Source: Octopus sinensis
Lineage: Eukaryota
NCBI RefSeq assembly: GCF_006345805.1
Contig: NC_043013.1
Coordinates: forward strand, 54,746,001-54,810,000
Direction: 5' to 3'
DNA length: 64,000 bases
The notes beneath the pieces were generated by a model. It saw only the letters and a program-made list of their open reading frames with translations, made no database searches and had not been told where the DNA came from. The position numbers and the translations under genes are program-made. The number at the start of each line of letters is the position of its first letter. Within the stretch, counting starts at the first letter, position 1. Positions 38,871 through 52,699 of this stretch are shown here, in pieces.

Positions 38871-40331
38871 AATAATAATTTAGGTGACAAAGAGTTAATT
38901 GAATTACTGAGGCTTGTTACAGTCTGTTTTGAAGGGTCTACTGTATGCTGAGGCATATACACCCATCTGTAACATGCTTAAAATTTCCACACAATTTTGA
39001 AAGAAAAAAATGTATTGTAATGCTAAAGGCATTTTTTGAGTGTAACAAATTTGATATCACTACTCTCAAATATAGACAACCCCTAATATACATATAATGC
39101 TTGCATATAAAAGCATACACATCATCGTCAGAGTTCCTAGCAGAATAACATGGTTAAAGGAAGGACCTGTTTTATCTACAAGCTTTACCATACAGCATTG
39201 CTATTATATTTTTAAAGGATTAATATATTTTGGTGTACCACAGTTTGAGTTTTTATGCTGTGTTTCCGAAAATTTATAATTCACATATTTTGGATGACAG
39301 CTCATGAAAAAATATAATATTTACTCAGGGAAGAGAAATGTTGCTGTCTTTAACAATTACTATTTTATGATTATATAACAAAACATTATGTAACAAGGTA
39401 ATTTAAGAGAAATTTATCTATGTGCACTACGAAAATATTGATGTATATTTTTCTGATAACTAACTTCAAAACTGACTGTTTGTGTTTCTTATAAATAGTA
39501 TGTTTGTGTTTCTTTCTGGCAGCACAGTGTGTAAAGATGTTATGTTTGTTCAAAATGTTGGTGAATCATTCTGTACTTCTTTATTCTGTGAATCCTTTAT
39601 CTCAAAACTTTAAACATAGAAATGAAATAGAAGAGCTAAATGAGAAGTAATGATACTCATTCACAACCACAACACTTTAACGGGAATATTAACATTCTCT
39701 CACAATTCATTCATGGCTTTTGTTGTTTCATGCTTAAATCTAAATAACACACAATCTCAAGAAAAGGGATAATGTTTATCTAAGTAGCTCGGCCAAAGTA
39801 AGCTACTTGATGTTCCATGAATAATTACATATCTTGCATGCGTATGTATGTGTGCGTGCATGTCCACACATGCATTAGTGTGTATATGTGTGTGTGTGTG
39901 TGTGCACATTATTGTCAATATGTGCGTATGTGAATCAGTGAGTATATTTGCAGCCACAAAACCCACTTTGACTCAGAAAGCACAGCTTCAAAAGCCAGTT
40001 TACTCTGACAGATTTTTCTCAGGTTTTCCTGATCCCCTCCAAGTATTAAGTAATTTCTCCATATTATTAACCTTGTTCACACAACAACACACACACATCA
40101 CTTGATATGCACAATTACAAAAGAGCTACAAGTAGTTTCATGCTTTCAGATACTTTAAATTGGTAGATTTATATAACATGCCATGTGTCTCTACAGCATA
40201 AAACAATTGGCAGCTCCTTTGTAATTGTGTATATTAAATTACATTTATCTCTCACCTTTATTGTTGATCCTTTGATCCCTTTAATCTCATTCTGAGATGT
40301 TTTTATTTGTAAAGATTCTCTGTCTATGTAG

Positions 40332-40380
40332 TCTGTGAGTGGAATGAAGCCATCCCAGATAGAGTCATCCCAGACTAAAC
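40332..40380 (+). CDS. Candidate short exon (SVSGMKPSQIESSQTK)
   Basis: ctgtctatgtag acceptor, gtaagc donor, one open frame. Confidence 0.15.
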
Positions 40381-40489
40381 GTAAGCCATATAAAATTCAT
40401 TATTTCCCAGAAAAACTATTATCATAAATACAATATCTTATGATGCATGCTTAAACATTTTTCTCTAAATATATTCATATAAAGAATGA

Positions 40490-40880
40490 GGCAGGCACTG
40501 GCATGGCTGTGTGGTAAGAAGTTTGCTTCCCAACCACATGGTTCCAGGTTCAGTTCCACTGTGCCTTCTACTATAGCCTCAGGTCAACCAAAGCCTTGGG
40601 ATTGGATTTAGTAGAATGAAACAGAAACACATTGTGTGTGTGTGTGTGTGTGTGCGTGTGTGAGTGTGTGCGTGTGTCTTCTGTGTGTTTGTCTCTCACC
40701 ATTACTTGGTAACTGGTGTTAATATGTTTGCATCCAAGTGACTTAGCAGTTTGACAAAAGAGACTAATAGACTAGGTACCAGCCTTAGTAAAACAATAAC
40801 TCCATTTGTTTCACTAAAAGTTTTCAAGGTGATGCCCCAGAGTGGTCGCAGCCTAATGAATGAAATAAGTAATAAATAAA
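40490..40880 (+). mobile_element. SINE family B, diverged
   Basis: atggctgtgtggtaagaagtttgcttcccaaccacatggttccaggttcag. Confidence 0.85.
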
Positions 40881-42089
40881 ATTAAAATAAAAATCAAAAC
40901 AATAAACTAATGAAGTTCTCAGTTAACGAGGAAAATATTTTCTGGTTGCTAGAAATAACAGTCAAATCTTCCATTTAAGATCTTACCATCTTAAAAAGTG
41001 AAGGCATACTGTATAAAGCCAATAAGAAAGACAGGATAATCATAACTAGTATATCATTGATCATAAGTTTACTTAGTCAAAACTAACCTGGAGCTAAATG
41101 CCAACTAATCAATCACTGATTGAGTGTCACTATACAGAAGTCTAATCATTTATTCTTATTCGTTACTCATTGAAAATGGTTTGCTTTTTATTCTATGAAT
41201 AATTCCCCACTTTTTCTGATAATGTTTAGTTTCTGGTGCCAGGATCTGAGATAAATAAAACAGATCACTTTCTATCGCATTCGTGTAATAATATCGAGGC
41301 AAGTCTGTACTTCACTGAGGGATAATAATAAACCCTGCAGATGTTAATTAGCAGTTTTAACAATGTTAATCAGTAGCAGCTGGTTTATCTCACTTTGTAA
41401 TGAGGAATTTCCCTATCAGAATAATTAACACTGAAAGCTGCAAATCCATCGTTAACAACAGACTGCACTCACATCCGAGAGACTAAATTATCTTCTGATA
41501 AAGCAACTGGGCTACACCAGAAACTGAAGTGAATGGTAATCCTGCCTCTTTGAGGAGCTTTGCGCAGTTTGGTTAAATGTGGTAACTACAAATTCTCTTG
41601 TGTTTCTCCAATCAACATTTGGATTTAGTGTGTGAATGAAGAGTTATATGATTATTCAAAAAATTGAATATCTTGAGCTGGGAGCAGCTAAAGCTAAGAG
41701 ATTGATAGGAAATGCTTGAGGCATTATGTTATCTTATTAAGAATCTAGAGAACTCACACACTTATAATTATAAATTTTCAGCTATTTATAGTATCAATTA
41801 TTTCAACAGTATTAATAGGACTAATTATAGTAATTTTTTTAAAAACCATTTTTCAAAAGCAAAAAAAAAATGGACCTTGAGCCAGTTTTAACCATCATTC
41901 CATGACAAAATGGTAAGAATCTTTAGTGTTAAACAGGAAAACAAGACAAAAATTGTTCTTCAAGACTTCAAAACACAAAACAAAAATGTATGGATTCTAA
42001 GTAACTATCTTGTAAAGATCTCTTTGAGCTTAGGAATTAGTGTGTGTCTAAAATAGGAATTTCATGAAGATTAGATTTATCAACAGAAG

Positions 42090-42260
42090 TAGCTGTTATC
42101 ATCATCATCATCATTATAATTATTATTGCATTTTCCATGCTGGCATGGGTTGGACAGTGCACCAGGACATCTTACTCCAAGGTATCAGTTTGATATGGTT
42201 TCTACAACTAAGCATCTTTTCTAAAACCATTTTTCATGGCACCAACACTGCAGAGGTCTT
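42090..42260 (-). mobile_element. Family C retroposon, diverged
   Basis: catcatcat...ttttccatgctggcatgggttggacag. Confidence 0.65.
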
Positions 42261-42827
42261 GCCCTCGGCAAGATTAAGGAATCCTTTCAACCTTGGACTG
42301 TCTCTGCTCAGTTCACCAGAGGGCATGGTTTTTTTCATGGCCGAGTACCAGTACTGAGCCATGAAGAAAGATTAAAGAGACCCCTTACCACCACTCCCCA
42401 CAAGCACACCCGAAAAAATGAGTGATGACTTTGGTCTGATCACTGAGAGAAGTTAGAGTGTGATGGAAGGCATAGATTTATGGTTGTGAGGTGGGTGGCA
42501 GTGGTGAGGGTAACAGAGGAAACAGTGTGGCAGTGGTGGTTTAGGGATTAATGGAAGAGAGAGGGAAAAAATAAGAAAGAAAGTGCATTTAAAAAAAATT
42601 ATATAAAATATTTCAGCTATGCTGAAATGTGATATATATTTTACAAAAGGAAGATTTTTTTATTTTTTTACTGCTTATTCTAGTATTTTAAATAAATTCT
42701 TAAATATATATTGACTATCTTTAGAATGATATTTATTATGTCAAAAACATTGAAAATTTATAATTGCTAAATAATTTTTATTTTTATTTTTCATACTCTC
42801 ACCACTTTATTTCCAACTTTATTTCAG

Positions 42828-42880
42828 CATATTTTAAATTCTTCTGCAATTCAAAGCAAGACAATGGCATATCTCTAAAG
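42828..42880 (+). CDS. Candidate short exon (YFKFFCNSKQDNGISLK)
   Basis: Strong acceptor actttatttcag, donor AAG|gtatga. Confidence 0.2.
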
Positions 42881-43412
42881 GTATGACAGTGTTTAAGAGA
42901 ATTACAAGCAACCTGTGCAATAGAAGAAATAATTTGTGCCAGTCTAGTCAATGCCATAATAAACAGAAAAAGAAAAACAAAGAAAACAACTGGTTTCTAA
43001 ATGCCACCTAAAGAATAAACAAGAGTTAAAATTGCTCCATCTTTAATGGTTGAACTAGAATCTGACATATCACAACAGGTGATAGGAATATGAAAACGTA
43101 GGATTCTAAAGAGATATTTATTAGCAATTCTGTTGGCATTATAACTCATTCTTAAAGTTCACTGTACAGAACTGATATAATAACTGTCTTGCATATAAAA
43201 TATTTACAGCAGGAGTTAAAGAATTTTAGTGAGAGAATGGTTTATTAATCAAATAAATTATATATTAGGGTTTGAAACCATTAAATTCAACTGAAACCAA
43301 TAGTGGAATGACAAAGGCAGCAGATATAAAATGATAAAGAATGGTTTTAAATGCTAAAATGATAGTTTTAAAACAAGCAGAATCCTTTTTAATTCTATGT
43401 AAAACAAGTCAG

Positions 43413-43507
43413 TCATTTCGCAGTAGACTTTGATGAATGTTGTTGTTCTGCTAATTCTTCAATTCTAAGCCAGCAAATCTTTTCGATTCCAGTTTGTATT
43501 AGTCCAT
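43413..43507 (-). CDS. Candidate terminal exon (GLIQTGIEKICWLRIEELAEQQHSSKSTAK*)
   Basis: tatattatag acceptor, protein-like composition, TGA stop; unrecognised. Confidence 0.15.
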
Positions 43508-43904
43508 CTATAATATAAATTCTTTCATTTTAAAGATTTTTTTTTATTTAAATTAATCCACTCCCTGACAAGATTTTATAAAATAACTTTTTGTTGAATT
43601 ATATTCTAAACATCAGGTTTTGAAAAAGTTATTTCAAAAATATCTCTGAATTCTCGATTCTTTTCAAAATTAACTTGAATGCCTGGTAAGCTTCCATTCC
43701 CAAACTGTCAAAAGATGTCAAACACATTTAAAACGTGGATTTCTGCTTGTGGAGACTTGGCTGATACACTGAAGAAGCTGGATAACAACCCCAAATCTCC
43801 GTTACTACGATGTCACAATGGAATTATAGTTTTCTTGACCTTGGTAAACTATCAGCAGGTTTATGATAGGGTGCCAAGAGTACCATACGAGCATAATCAT
43901 TGTC

Positions 43905-44233
43905 AGAGCAGCCAACTGGCTTCTGAGCCGGTGGTACGTAAAAGGGCACCATTCGAGTGTGATCGTTACCAACGTCGCCTTACTGGCACCTGTGCCAGTG
44001 GAATGTGTAAAAAGGTACGAGCGAGGTAATTACCAGTACCACTTGACTGGCACGTAAAAAGCACCCACTACACTCTCAGAGTGGTTGGCGTTAGGAAGGG
44101 CATCCAACTGTAGAAGCTCTGCCAAATCAAGACTGGAGCGTGATGGAGCCACCTGGTTCGCCAGTCCTCAGTCAAAATCGTCCAACCCATGCTAGCATGA
44201 AAAGTGGACGTTAAACGATGATGATGATGATGA
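43905..44233 (+). mobile_element. Family C retroposon, longer copy
   Basis: tggcacgtaaaaagcaccca...ggttggcgttaggaagggcatcc...gacgttaaacgatgatgat. Confidence 0.88.
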
Positions 44234-45063
44234 TATTCCAGCAATAACTATTTTGTTTTTTGTTTTAGACACAGTGCATGACATATAGGATGACATAACT
44301 GTGTCCTTCCTTTATTGCGATGATAGCACATAATTTAAGGGAGAACTGGATACTACTACTACTACTACTACTGCTAGTGCTGCTACAGGCACCCCAACAC
44401 ACCCACTCAGAGACTCCCTTGTTGGTTCATGTTAATAAAGTCAACACAGACAGTAAGAAGACTAACCTCCTCCTACACTTTTGGATGCATTGTAGAAGTT
44501 GGTCCAAGTTTTCCAAGGCAGTGGTTTCTCTTTCTGAATTAACAAGCCTCAGATATTGATTTTATCATCAACATCATCATCATCATTATAAACTGCTTTA
44601 TTAGTCATTTCATTATGATCCTTGAAGGACAAAAACAAAAACAAAAAAATCCAGTACATTATTGATAACATTAGCAATATACTTTCACTTCCCTCCTGTC
44701 TCCCTCTCTCTATTTCTCTTTCCCCACCTATCATATGTGTGTGTGTGTGTGTGCATGCATTTCTTACTGAATATGAATGTTATCGTAATTAGTTCTAATT
44801 ATGAAGATATAATAGCTTTTAAATTTACCACATGAAAATCCATTTAACGCACGAAAAATGCCAAATGGTGAGGGATTATGGTGGAATCTAAGGATTAAAC
44901 TTACATTCTTTGATTATTGAAACAGATTTCGATGAGAAATGAAGAAGAATAAAACGTTGAGATTTGAAGGAAGCTTTTATATTAAAAGGTAAACTTAGAA
45001 AATATTGAACATGTCTTGCTGTATTATGTATATTAAATAATATTTACATACGAATATCAGGCA

Positions 45064-45097
<34 letters not shown>

Positions 45098-45364
45098 AAA
45101 TAATGCATAAAATGTGAATACACAGATGTTTACTAATACCGTTGTATACAATTAGATATCAACATGTGTGTAAATATATTTTTACCCATGTACAGGTGTA
45201 TATAAGACAAGAAACAAAAGCAAATAAACTCTGGCATTGAGTATATTATTGATTTATAAATTAGATTGAAGTCTGCATTATTAAAAGTGAAGCCGTACAA
45301 TAAATTAGAAAGACTGCACAAATTACTGTTGCTGTCGCCATGATTATTATTATTATTATTATTA

Positions 45365-45800
45365 TTTCGTCTGTTGCTATGGTTTGAGTTCAAATTCAAC
45401 CGAGGTCAACTTTGCCTTTCATCCTTTCGGGGTTGATAAAATAAGAACCAGTCACGTACTGGGGTCGATGTAGCTGACTCATCCCCTACCCCAAAATTGC
45501 TACCCTCGTGACAAAATTTGAAACCATCATTATGATTATCATCATCATCATCATTATCATCAGCAGCGTTATTATTCTGGTGGTGAATCGGTACAATCCT
45601 TAGCATGCTAGGAAAAAAATGTTTAGTGGCATTTTGTTCATTTTTACATTCTGAGTTCAAATTCTGTCAAGGCTTACTTTGCTTTCCATCCTTTTGCGGT
45701 CTATGAAATTAAGTACCAGTTGTACACTGGGTCAATATTATCAACTTACTCCCTCAACTAAAATTGCTGGCCTTGTGTCCAAACTTGAAACCATAGATAT
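45365..45800 (+). mobile_element. Two tandem SINE family A copies
   Basis: Two family A cores separated by ATT/ATC repeats. Confidence 0.8.
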
Positions 45801-46057
45801 TCCTCTAAAGATGTGCTTGTATTGGAGAAAAAGAGTTAGGCAAGGACCTGTGTCTTTGATAGGCAGGACAATCCTAGATGTGTGGGGTTCCTCAACTGCC
45901 CCTTGTTGAAGGCACTTCTCTATAAGGAACACTACATCATCCATGTGTTCACATATCTTGTGTACAATGTATACTTCTATTTCATCTTCCATCCGTCTCT
46001 CATTCTTCTCATCATCTTTTTATGTTAGCCCCCCCCTCCCTCAAGTTGTAAACTGTT

Positions 46058-46543
46058 CTAGATTCCGTTGTTCAAAAATATAAGGACACAGATCGCATCA
46101 TATAGCCAGCTGGAGACGAATCTCCTGGGGCTAAGCTACAGCAAAATTCATCCTAAACCAGGACTATCATGTTATGTTGGCAAACAATCTTTACTACAAA
46201 CTACTGTTGCTGAATATCACTCGTGAGATTAAAAAATAGGGATTTTCTAATTTATAAATCAGTGATTAAGTTGTCACTTTGAAAACTATATATTTCAAAT
46301 AGGAATTTGGCAGCACCACCTCTAGCCGAACAATTATTCTGTGCTGATGAAGGGAAAAAACCTAGAAATTATGATACACATATTGTTTTGAGCTGAGTGG
46401 GGGTGCTAGATTCCCTTGTTCGAAAATATAAGGACACAGATCATGTCGTATAACCAGCTGGAGACAATGTCTCCTGGGGTAAATTACAGCAACATTTGTC
46501 CTCATCCAGGACTGCCATGTTATGTTAGCAAACAATCTTTACT
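46058..46543 (+). repeat. 138-bp direct duplication (46058-46195 and 46406-46543)
   Basis: Direct alignment; period 348 bp. Confidence 0.9.
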
Positions 46544-46816
46544 GTTCTTGTATTGTCTCCCTAATCAGCCGCCCTACTCGTAAATAGCAACAAAAAAATT
46601 ATCATTATTATTAGAGTCTTATGCAGAGGTGTAGCTGTGCATATGCTGAATGCTTTTATCCCTCATTGCAGCATCCTTCATGCTTCAGATTCTGTATAGA
46701 ATCAAACAAGGAAGCAAACATGTGGGATTGTGAGGCCTTTATAGGTCTTCAGGAGAATAGGGCTACCTCTGTGGTGATGGTGTCACAACACACACACTCA
46801 ATACACTCTGTACACA

Positions 46817-46851
<35 letters not shown>

Positions 46852-47604
46852 ACCATTTTAACACCATCAACTTAAAATGGTAAATATTTTGAATAATTTA
46901 CAAGTTGACTTCATGAAATAAATGACTTCACACTCTCATCAAGATTTCTAACAAACCCAATTTGTTCTTGTTAATGTTGATGCCTTGACAAAATCTATTA
47001 ATGATAATCTATAATTTATATTTTTGTTTAATGTGAAACAGCTTCTAACATCACAGACAAAACATTATTTTGGTAAGGTTTCCCTAAAGGTAGGTACAGA
47101 AATGGGTACTGCTGTGTTTTTATTGTCAATAAAAGTAATACTTTCCCTATTTGTCATTGAAAGTAACTTGATAGATCTTGCTGAAATCCTAAATATCCTC
47201 CTCCCACCCTCCCTCCCTCTCTCTCTCCCACTTTCTCTGTTCAGTGCAAAAGATAATATCAGAATATTCAATACACAATTTAATGACGGACTTGTGTTTG
47301 CTATTTGTTATTCAGAGCATTCTTTCTTATTTGGTTTCTTCAACAGGGTCCAAATGGAACATCAAATATTTGGAATAAAGAAATTTGATCTCCATAATCT
47401 AAACTCTCAAATAATTTCCTTCAACTGTTAGCATTACCAAATTGTAGCTTCTTGGAACCATATACACTGTCATTCTTTCAACCTTCTTTTTCTTTCCTTT
47501 TCTTTTTCTATTCCTTTTTCTCTTTCTATTTCATTCATCTTTCCCTTCTATTTCTTTTCTTTATTACCCTTCTTTCTTTTTTCCTTCTTTTCTTTTTAAG
47601 CTAG

Positions 47605-47681
47605 CAACTAAATGAAAAACTACAAACTCTTTCAACAGATGCTCAAGTTTCCAACCATTTCAAGGCAAGGAGCACTAAGCG
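47605..47681 (+). CDS. Candidate exon (QLNEKLQTLSTDAQVSNHFKARSTK)
   Basis: Long polypyrimidine tract, donor GCG|gtaaga, open frame 0->2. Confidence 0.2.
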
Positions 47682-48072
47682 GTAAGAAACACCAAGTTCC
47701 ATACTATCTTTTCAAAGGATCTACCATTTCTCAGGCAATTTGCAAAAATGTCAGAAGAAAAATAAAATTTATAAGTCAACAAATCATTTTGGTTTTAGAT
47801 GTCTGTTTGCAGATTTTAGAATTTCTTGCATGTCACAGAATGTTGTGTGGCACAAAGTAATGGGAATATTCTGTAGAAAGCTTTTTCTTTGAATCCATTT
47901 TAGTGCTTGCTATCACTAATGGATCCAAATAAATAAATACAGGGTGACTCAGTGAATCACTGAACCCAGAAAACTGGTCTAACAATCGGCTGCGTTTGAG
48001 ACAAAGCCAATATCTTCAGCTCTGAACCAGTCCTCTGTCATAAAGGAATGTTCCGATTGAGCTGCCTTTCAG

Positions 48073-48119
48073 AAATTGGATGGCAGCAAACATTAATGCT
48101 ATTTTAGAGTCAAACTTTT
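48073..48119 (+). CDS. Candidate exon (NWMAANINAILESNF)
   Basis: ctgcctttcag acceptor, gtgagt donor, open frame 2->1. Confidence 0.18.
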
Positions 48120-48260
48120 GTGAGTCTTCAATAAATTGATATAAGTGTGAAATCATGCACCACACACCGAGACAACAAGACGGGTTTTAAGGAACACAAA
48201 TATGCATCAGCAAATAGGTTCAGACATGTGTGCACATTACATGCATATATATAAAGCGAT

Positions 48261-48294
<34 letters not shown>

Positions 48295-48472
48295 CTATGC
48301 CATTATATGCATAACATTAAAGACAAGCAAAAGGTTATAACAATAAATAAATAATAGAGAAATCTATGCACTCACAAATACCATAACATAAACATACCAG
48401 GTGTGTGGTGTGTGTGTGTATATATATGTTATGCACATATATACACACACACACCCACCATATATATGTATG

Positions 48473-48532
<60 letters not shown>

Positions 48533-49304
48533 TGTATGTATATTATATATATATATATATTATACACATGTACGTGCACACACACCTATATGCATACATA
48601 CTTACATATACACATATACATATGTGCATATACAAACACATATATATATATATATGTACATACACACATTTGTGTGTGTGTGTGTGTGTGCATTTACAGA
48701 TGTTTGCCTGCTTGATACCTGACATCAACTCTTGTTCAGTCGTATCGATCTCTTTTGCTATAGAAGAATCTAGAATAAATATTCACACACAACGTTAGAC
48801 TTTTGTAAGCTTGTTCCTGTAAATGCTGCAACACATGCCAGTAAAGTGGTGCACATATGCATCTAAAGTGCAGCACACAGCATACAATAACAGTCAAATT
48901 CATTGTGATTCACCTGCTGACTCGTTAATGATTGACTTCTCAATTCACTCATATACCACATAGGTGTGCATATAGAAAAAGCTGTTCCTCTCAAAATGAA
49001 GCAAACTCACTCAAAACAGCTGCAATAGAAAATGTCGCTGCATTTTAGATGCGTTACTTGGTTTGAAGCTCTGCCAAAATTTGTTTGCATGTAATGTTTT
49101 CCATGAGAGACACTTCCTAAACAATACTCGTTAAAGTATTTTTCTTTTTTGTTCTCTCCAGCAGATTTGCCAGCTGCTAATCTATATTCCTTGCCACATG
49201 TTCTCTTCAAGCAATATCACCAGCCAATTAAACTGTCAAAGGTCTTTGAAAAATTGATCACATTGTTAAATCTTAGTCAACAAATGTGATAAATCACTTA
49301 AATA

Positions 49305-49383
49305 ATAACAACAATAATAATAATAATAATAACAACAATAATAATAATAATAATAATAAAAATAAAAATAATAATAATAATAA

Positions 49384-49440
<57 letters not shown>

Positions 49441-49445
49441 ATAAC
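49305..49445. repeat. (AAT)n microsatellite
   Basis: Direct reading. Confidence 0.95.
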
Positions 49446-49614
49446 AAAAAATTAGTTGTCAGAGTAACAAGTGAATATAGAAATGTGTGCATTTACATAT
49501 ATGTGTGTGTATTGGGGTGGTTATGTCCAATTGCTGGTATGTACGTATGCATACATTTATATATATGTGTGTGTGTGAATATATATGAATATCTATCTCA
49601 ATATCTATCTATCT

Positions 49615-49657
<43 letters not shown>

Positions 49658-50748
49658 TATGTATGTCTGTTTGTGTGAGTGATTTCAGTTCATCCGTCAC
49701 TTTCTGGAAACAATCAAATCTTATAGTTTTCTTAATAAAACTACAAATTCATTGTCTTATATTCATCATTCATCCTATCTAACCTGGTTACGAGCCAACA
49801 AAAACCCTCTACATGTTAGTTTAATATGCTAGAATTAACAACAAACTCTCCCTCATATCCTCTTACCACTATCAAGGTGCCACAATCAAGTTACTACAGT
49901 AAAGGTGTGATTTGATTTGGGTTCATCCAAGAGTTTACATAAAAAATGGCAGCCACCACCACAATCCAACTCAGTTACCCATGCCATACTCCCCACCATT
50001 CAAACACTGACTTTACACCATGTGCAGACCCCTTCTCATTCCTGTCATCTTTTATCTCAATTAGGTCAACAAATGACAAAAAATTCACAATTATTCTGCA
50101 TGGTATCACCATTCTTCCTTATTCCATTCTTTTTCAAACATAAACTACTTTCACTATCTATCTGTTTATCTATATTTATCTTTACACAAAATTCTTTGAT
50201 TAACAAAGCCATCAGACAAATGTGTCTATTTTTTGAAAATATCCAAATTAAAGTTGTCAGAGAAGATGGTGCAATCCTCATGAGAGTTCAAATCTTTACT
50301 GCTTTCCTCCCACACTAGTGAGCTTGATGAAGTCAAAACTCAGTCTGAAAAAAGTCTGCAAAACAATTTCTGAGAGACATTTTAAGTTGTCTACACCTCC
50401 CCACAGACTCACCTCTATCTACCCTACCTCTTCCTGCAAACCGAGTTGGTGCAGATACTGAGGCCAACTAATAATTTCTCTTCCCTCTACACACATGTTA
50501 CCACATCCTACATTTATCTGACTAATAATCAGAAAACGAACGGCCTACAGTTGTCTGCTACAAAATGTAGCATTGCTAGAAATAAATAAACAGAACGTTC
50601 AAAGCCCGGAAATTGTTGCACATTAGTATCACCTTTATATCTCAAAAAGAAGAGACCTCTCTGACACTTGTAACTATTTACACTTCTGCTTTAGACTCCA
50701 CTGTAACTATGGGTATAGAAACCATCAACAATGGACGACCATAACACT

Positions 50749-50784
<36 letters not shown>

Positions 50785-50861
50785 CGACTGCCTACATGGA
50801 CCAGTTCCAAAATAATGGTTATGTTGGTGATCAAGTTTCTTGAATAGCTTTATATATATAT

Positions 50862-51135
50862 GGAGGTGCAATGGCCTAGTGGTTAGGGTAGCGGACTCGC
50901 GGTTGTAGGATCATGGTTTCGATTCCCAGACCGGGCGTTGTGAGTGTTTATTGAGCAAAAACACCTAAAGATCCACGAGGCCCCAGCAGGGGGTGGTGCT
51001 GATCCCTGTTGTACTCTTTCGCCACAACTTTCAAATGACGCGGAGTGGCGTCATTTGAAGGCTAAAACAATGTGAAGTGCATTGTGACCAGCGATGTGTA
51101 GCAACATCTGATAGCCAAATCGGTCACGGTGATAT
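50862..51135 (+). mobile_element. tRNA-derived SINE (family D head), possibly chimeric, with internal hairpin
   Basis: A box tggcctagtggttaggg, B box ggtttcgattccc; 12-bp perfect stem at 51030-51059. Confidence 0.85.
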
Positions 51136-51136
51136 A

Positions 51137-51530
51137 CTCTTTTACTCTTTTACTCTTTTACTTGTTTCAGTCATTTGACTGCGGCCATGCTGGAGCACCG
51201 CCTTTAGTCGAGCAAATCGACCCCGGGACTTATTCTTTGTAAGCCAGTACTTATTCTATCGGTCTCTTTTGCCGAACCGCTAAGTGACGGGGATGTAAAC
51301 ACAACCAGCATGTTGTCAAGCGATTTGGGGGGGGACAAACACAGACACACAAACACAATATACATAATCGACGGGCTTCTTTCAGTTCCGTCTACCAAAT
51401 CCACTCACAAGGCATTGGTCGGCCCGGGGCTGTAGCAGAAGAACTTGCCCAAGATGCCACGCAGTGAGACTGAACCCAGAACCATGTGGTTGGTTACAAG
51501 TAACTTACACACAGCCACTCCTGCGCCTGT
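51137..51530 (-). mobile_element. SINE family B, full-length
   Basis: Clean reverse complement of family B, with (ctctttta) tail repeats. Confidence 0.93.
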
Positions 51531-52141
51531 AATATATATATATATTACAAAAGTGTGTATGGTGTAGGAATTATACAGCAAAAGTAAAACATTGAATGCA
51601 ATAAATCAGCTGTTGAATAGAGGATAAGTTTAACTTAGGAATGAACAATCTGTGGCACGTGGGCCACATATGGCCCTTTACAACATTTTCTATGGCATAT
51701 ATAATGCCATGATTATATAAACACAGTGGCCCTTTTGTTCCTTGTTCTTTGAGAAGAAATCTAACTTTGGGCTACTTTTTTAAATCACTTTTTATCTAAC
51801 GCTTTCTAAACCCGAGAACAGTAAGTAGGGGATGCACTTGCACCCCCTGCAACCCCTGTTCCCAAGCCCATGCTTCTATATCCATTTTGATATTTGTAGT
51901 ATGATTTGTATCATGAGGAGCAATTTCACATAAGGCCCTACCATTAGAAAAAAAGCCCTTTTTTGATCTTCTGCTAATTAACCAGAAACTAAGATTTGAT
52001 TAGTTAGCACCATTTTAGGAGGAGGGTATTTGTGTATAGATAATCATGATATAAATGGCCTCAGTCAAATGACTAAAACAAGTAAAAGAATATATATATA
52101 TTAGCATGGAAAACGGACGCTAAACGATGATGATGATGATG

Positions 52142-52175
<34 letters not shown>

Positions 52176-52425
52176 AAAAATGTAAGTGGGTGGGTGGGTG
52201 CATGAGTTAGGCATATTTGCTCGACACCAATTGAGTGATAGTAATGGCATATTTACACCTGAGTATACTCTAAGGTTCTGTGGTTTCCAAGAAAGAAGAT
52301 CAGCAGAATAAAAATGCCTCACTCGATAAACTGGTGAAGAGTGTTGACAGGGAGAGAATCCAACCATAGACAACTGCTTAATTGAGTCTTATCCAAGCCA
52401 TGCCAGCACAGAAAAGAACCCAGAT

Positions 52426-52456
<31 letters not shown>

Positions 52457-52699
52457 CAGTGATTATGCAGAGCTGGCAGGATTAAGATGTTTTAGTTTGG
52501 GAAATTTCTAGTTCAAATTCGTTCAGATCTAAATTTCTGAGTTTGTCATACAAAAGTCCATCTCTGAACAACCTTTACTTCTAAAAGTGCAACGATTCCC
52601 AAATTTTTATTTGACTCATTATTATAGACAAGAGATGAACAATCTCCTCATCAATAAGGAATTCATCCTTCACAGGTAATTGTTATTGTCATAATTATT

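Noticed and set aside
47024-47431. 135-aa plus-strand ORF
   Set aside because: Crosses a CT-rich low-complexity tract and internal splice-like signals; no known domain
50862-50940. tRNA-like sequences here and at 9397 and 38532
   Set aside because: They are SINE heads with A/B boxes continuing into SINE bodies; no complete cloverleaf, so not called tRNA genes
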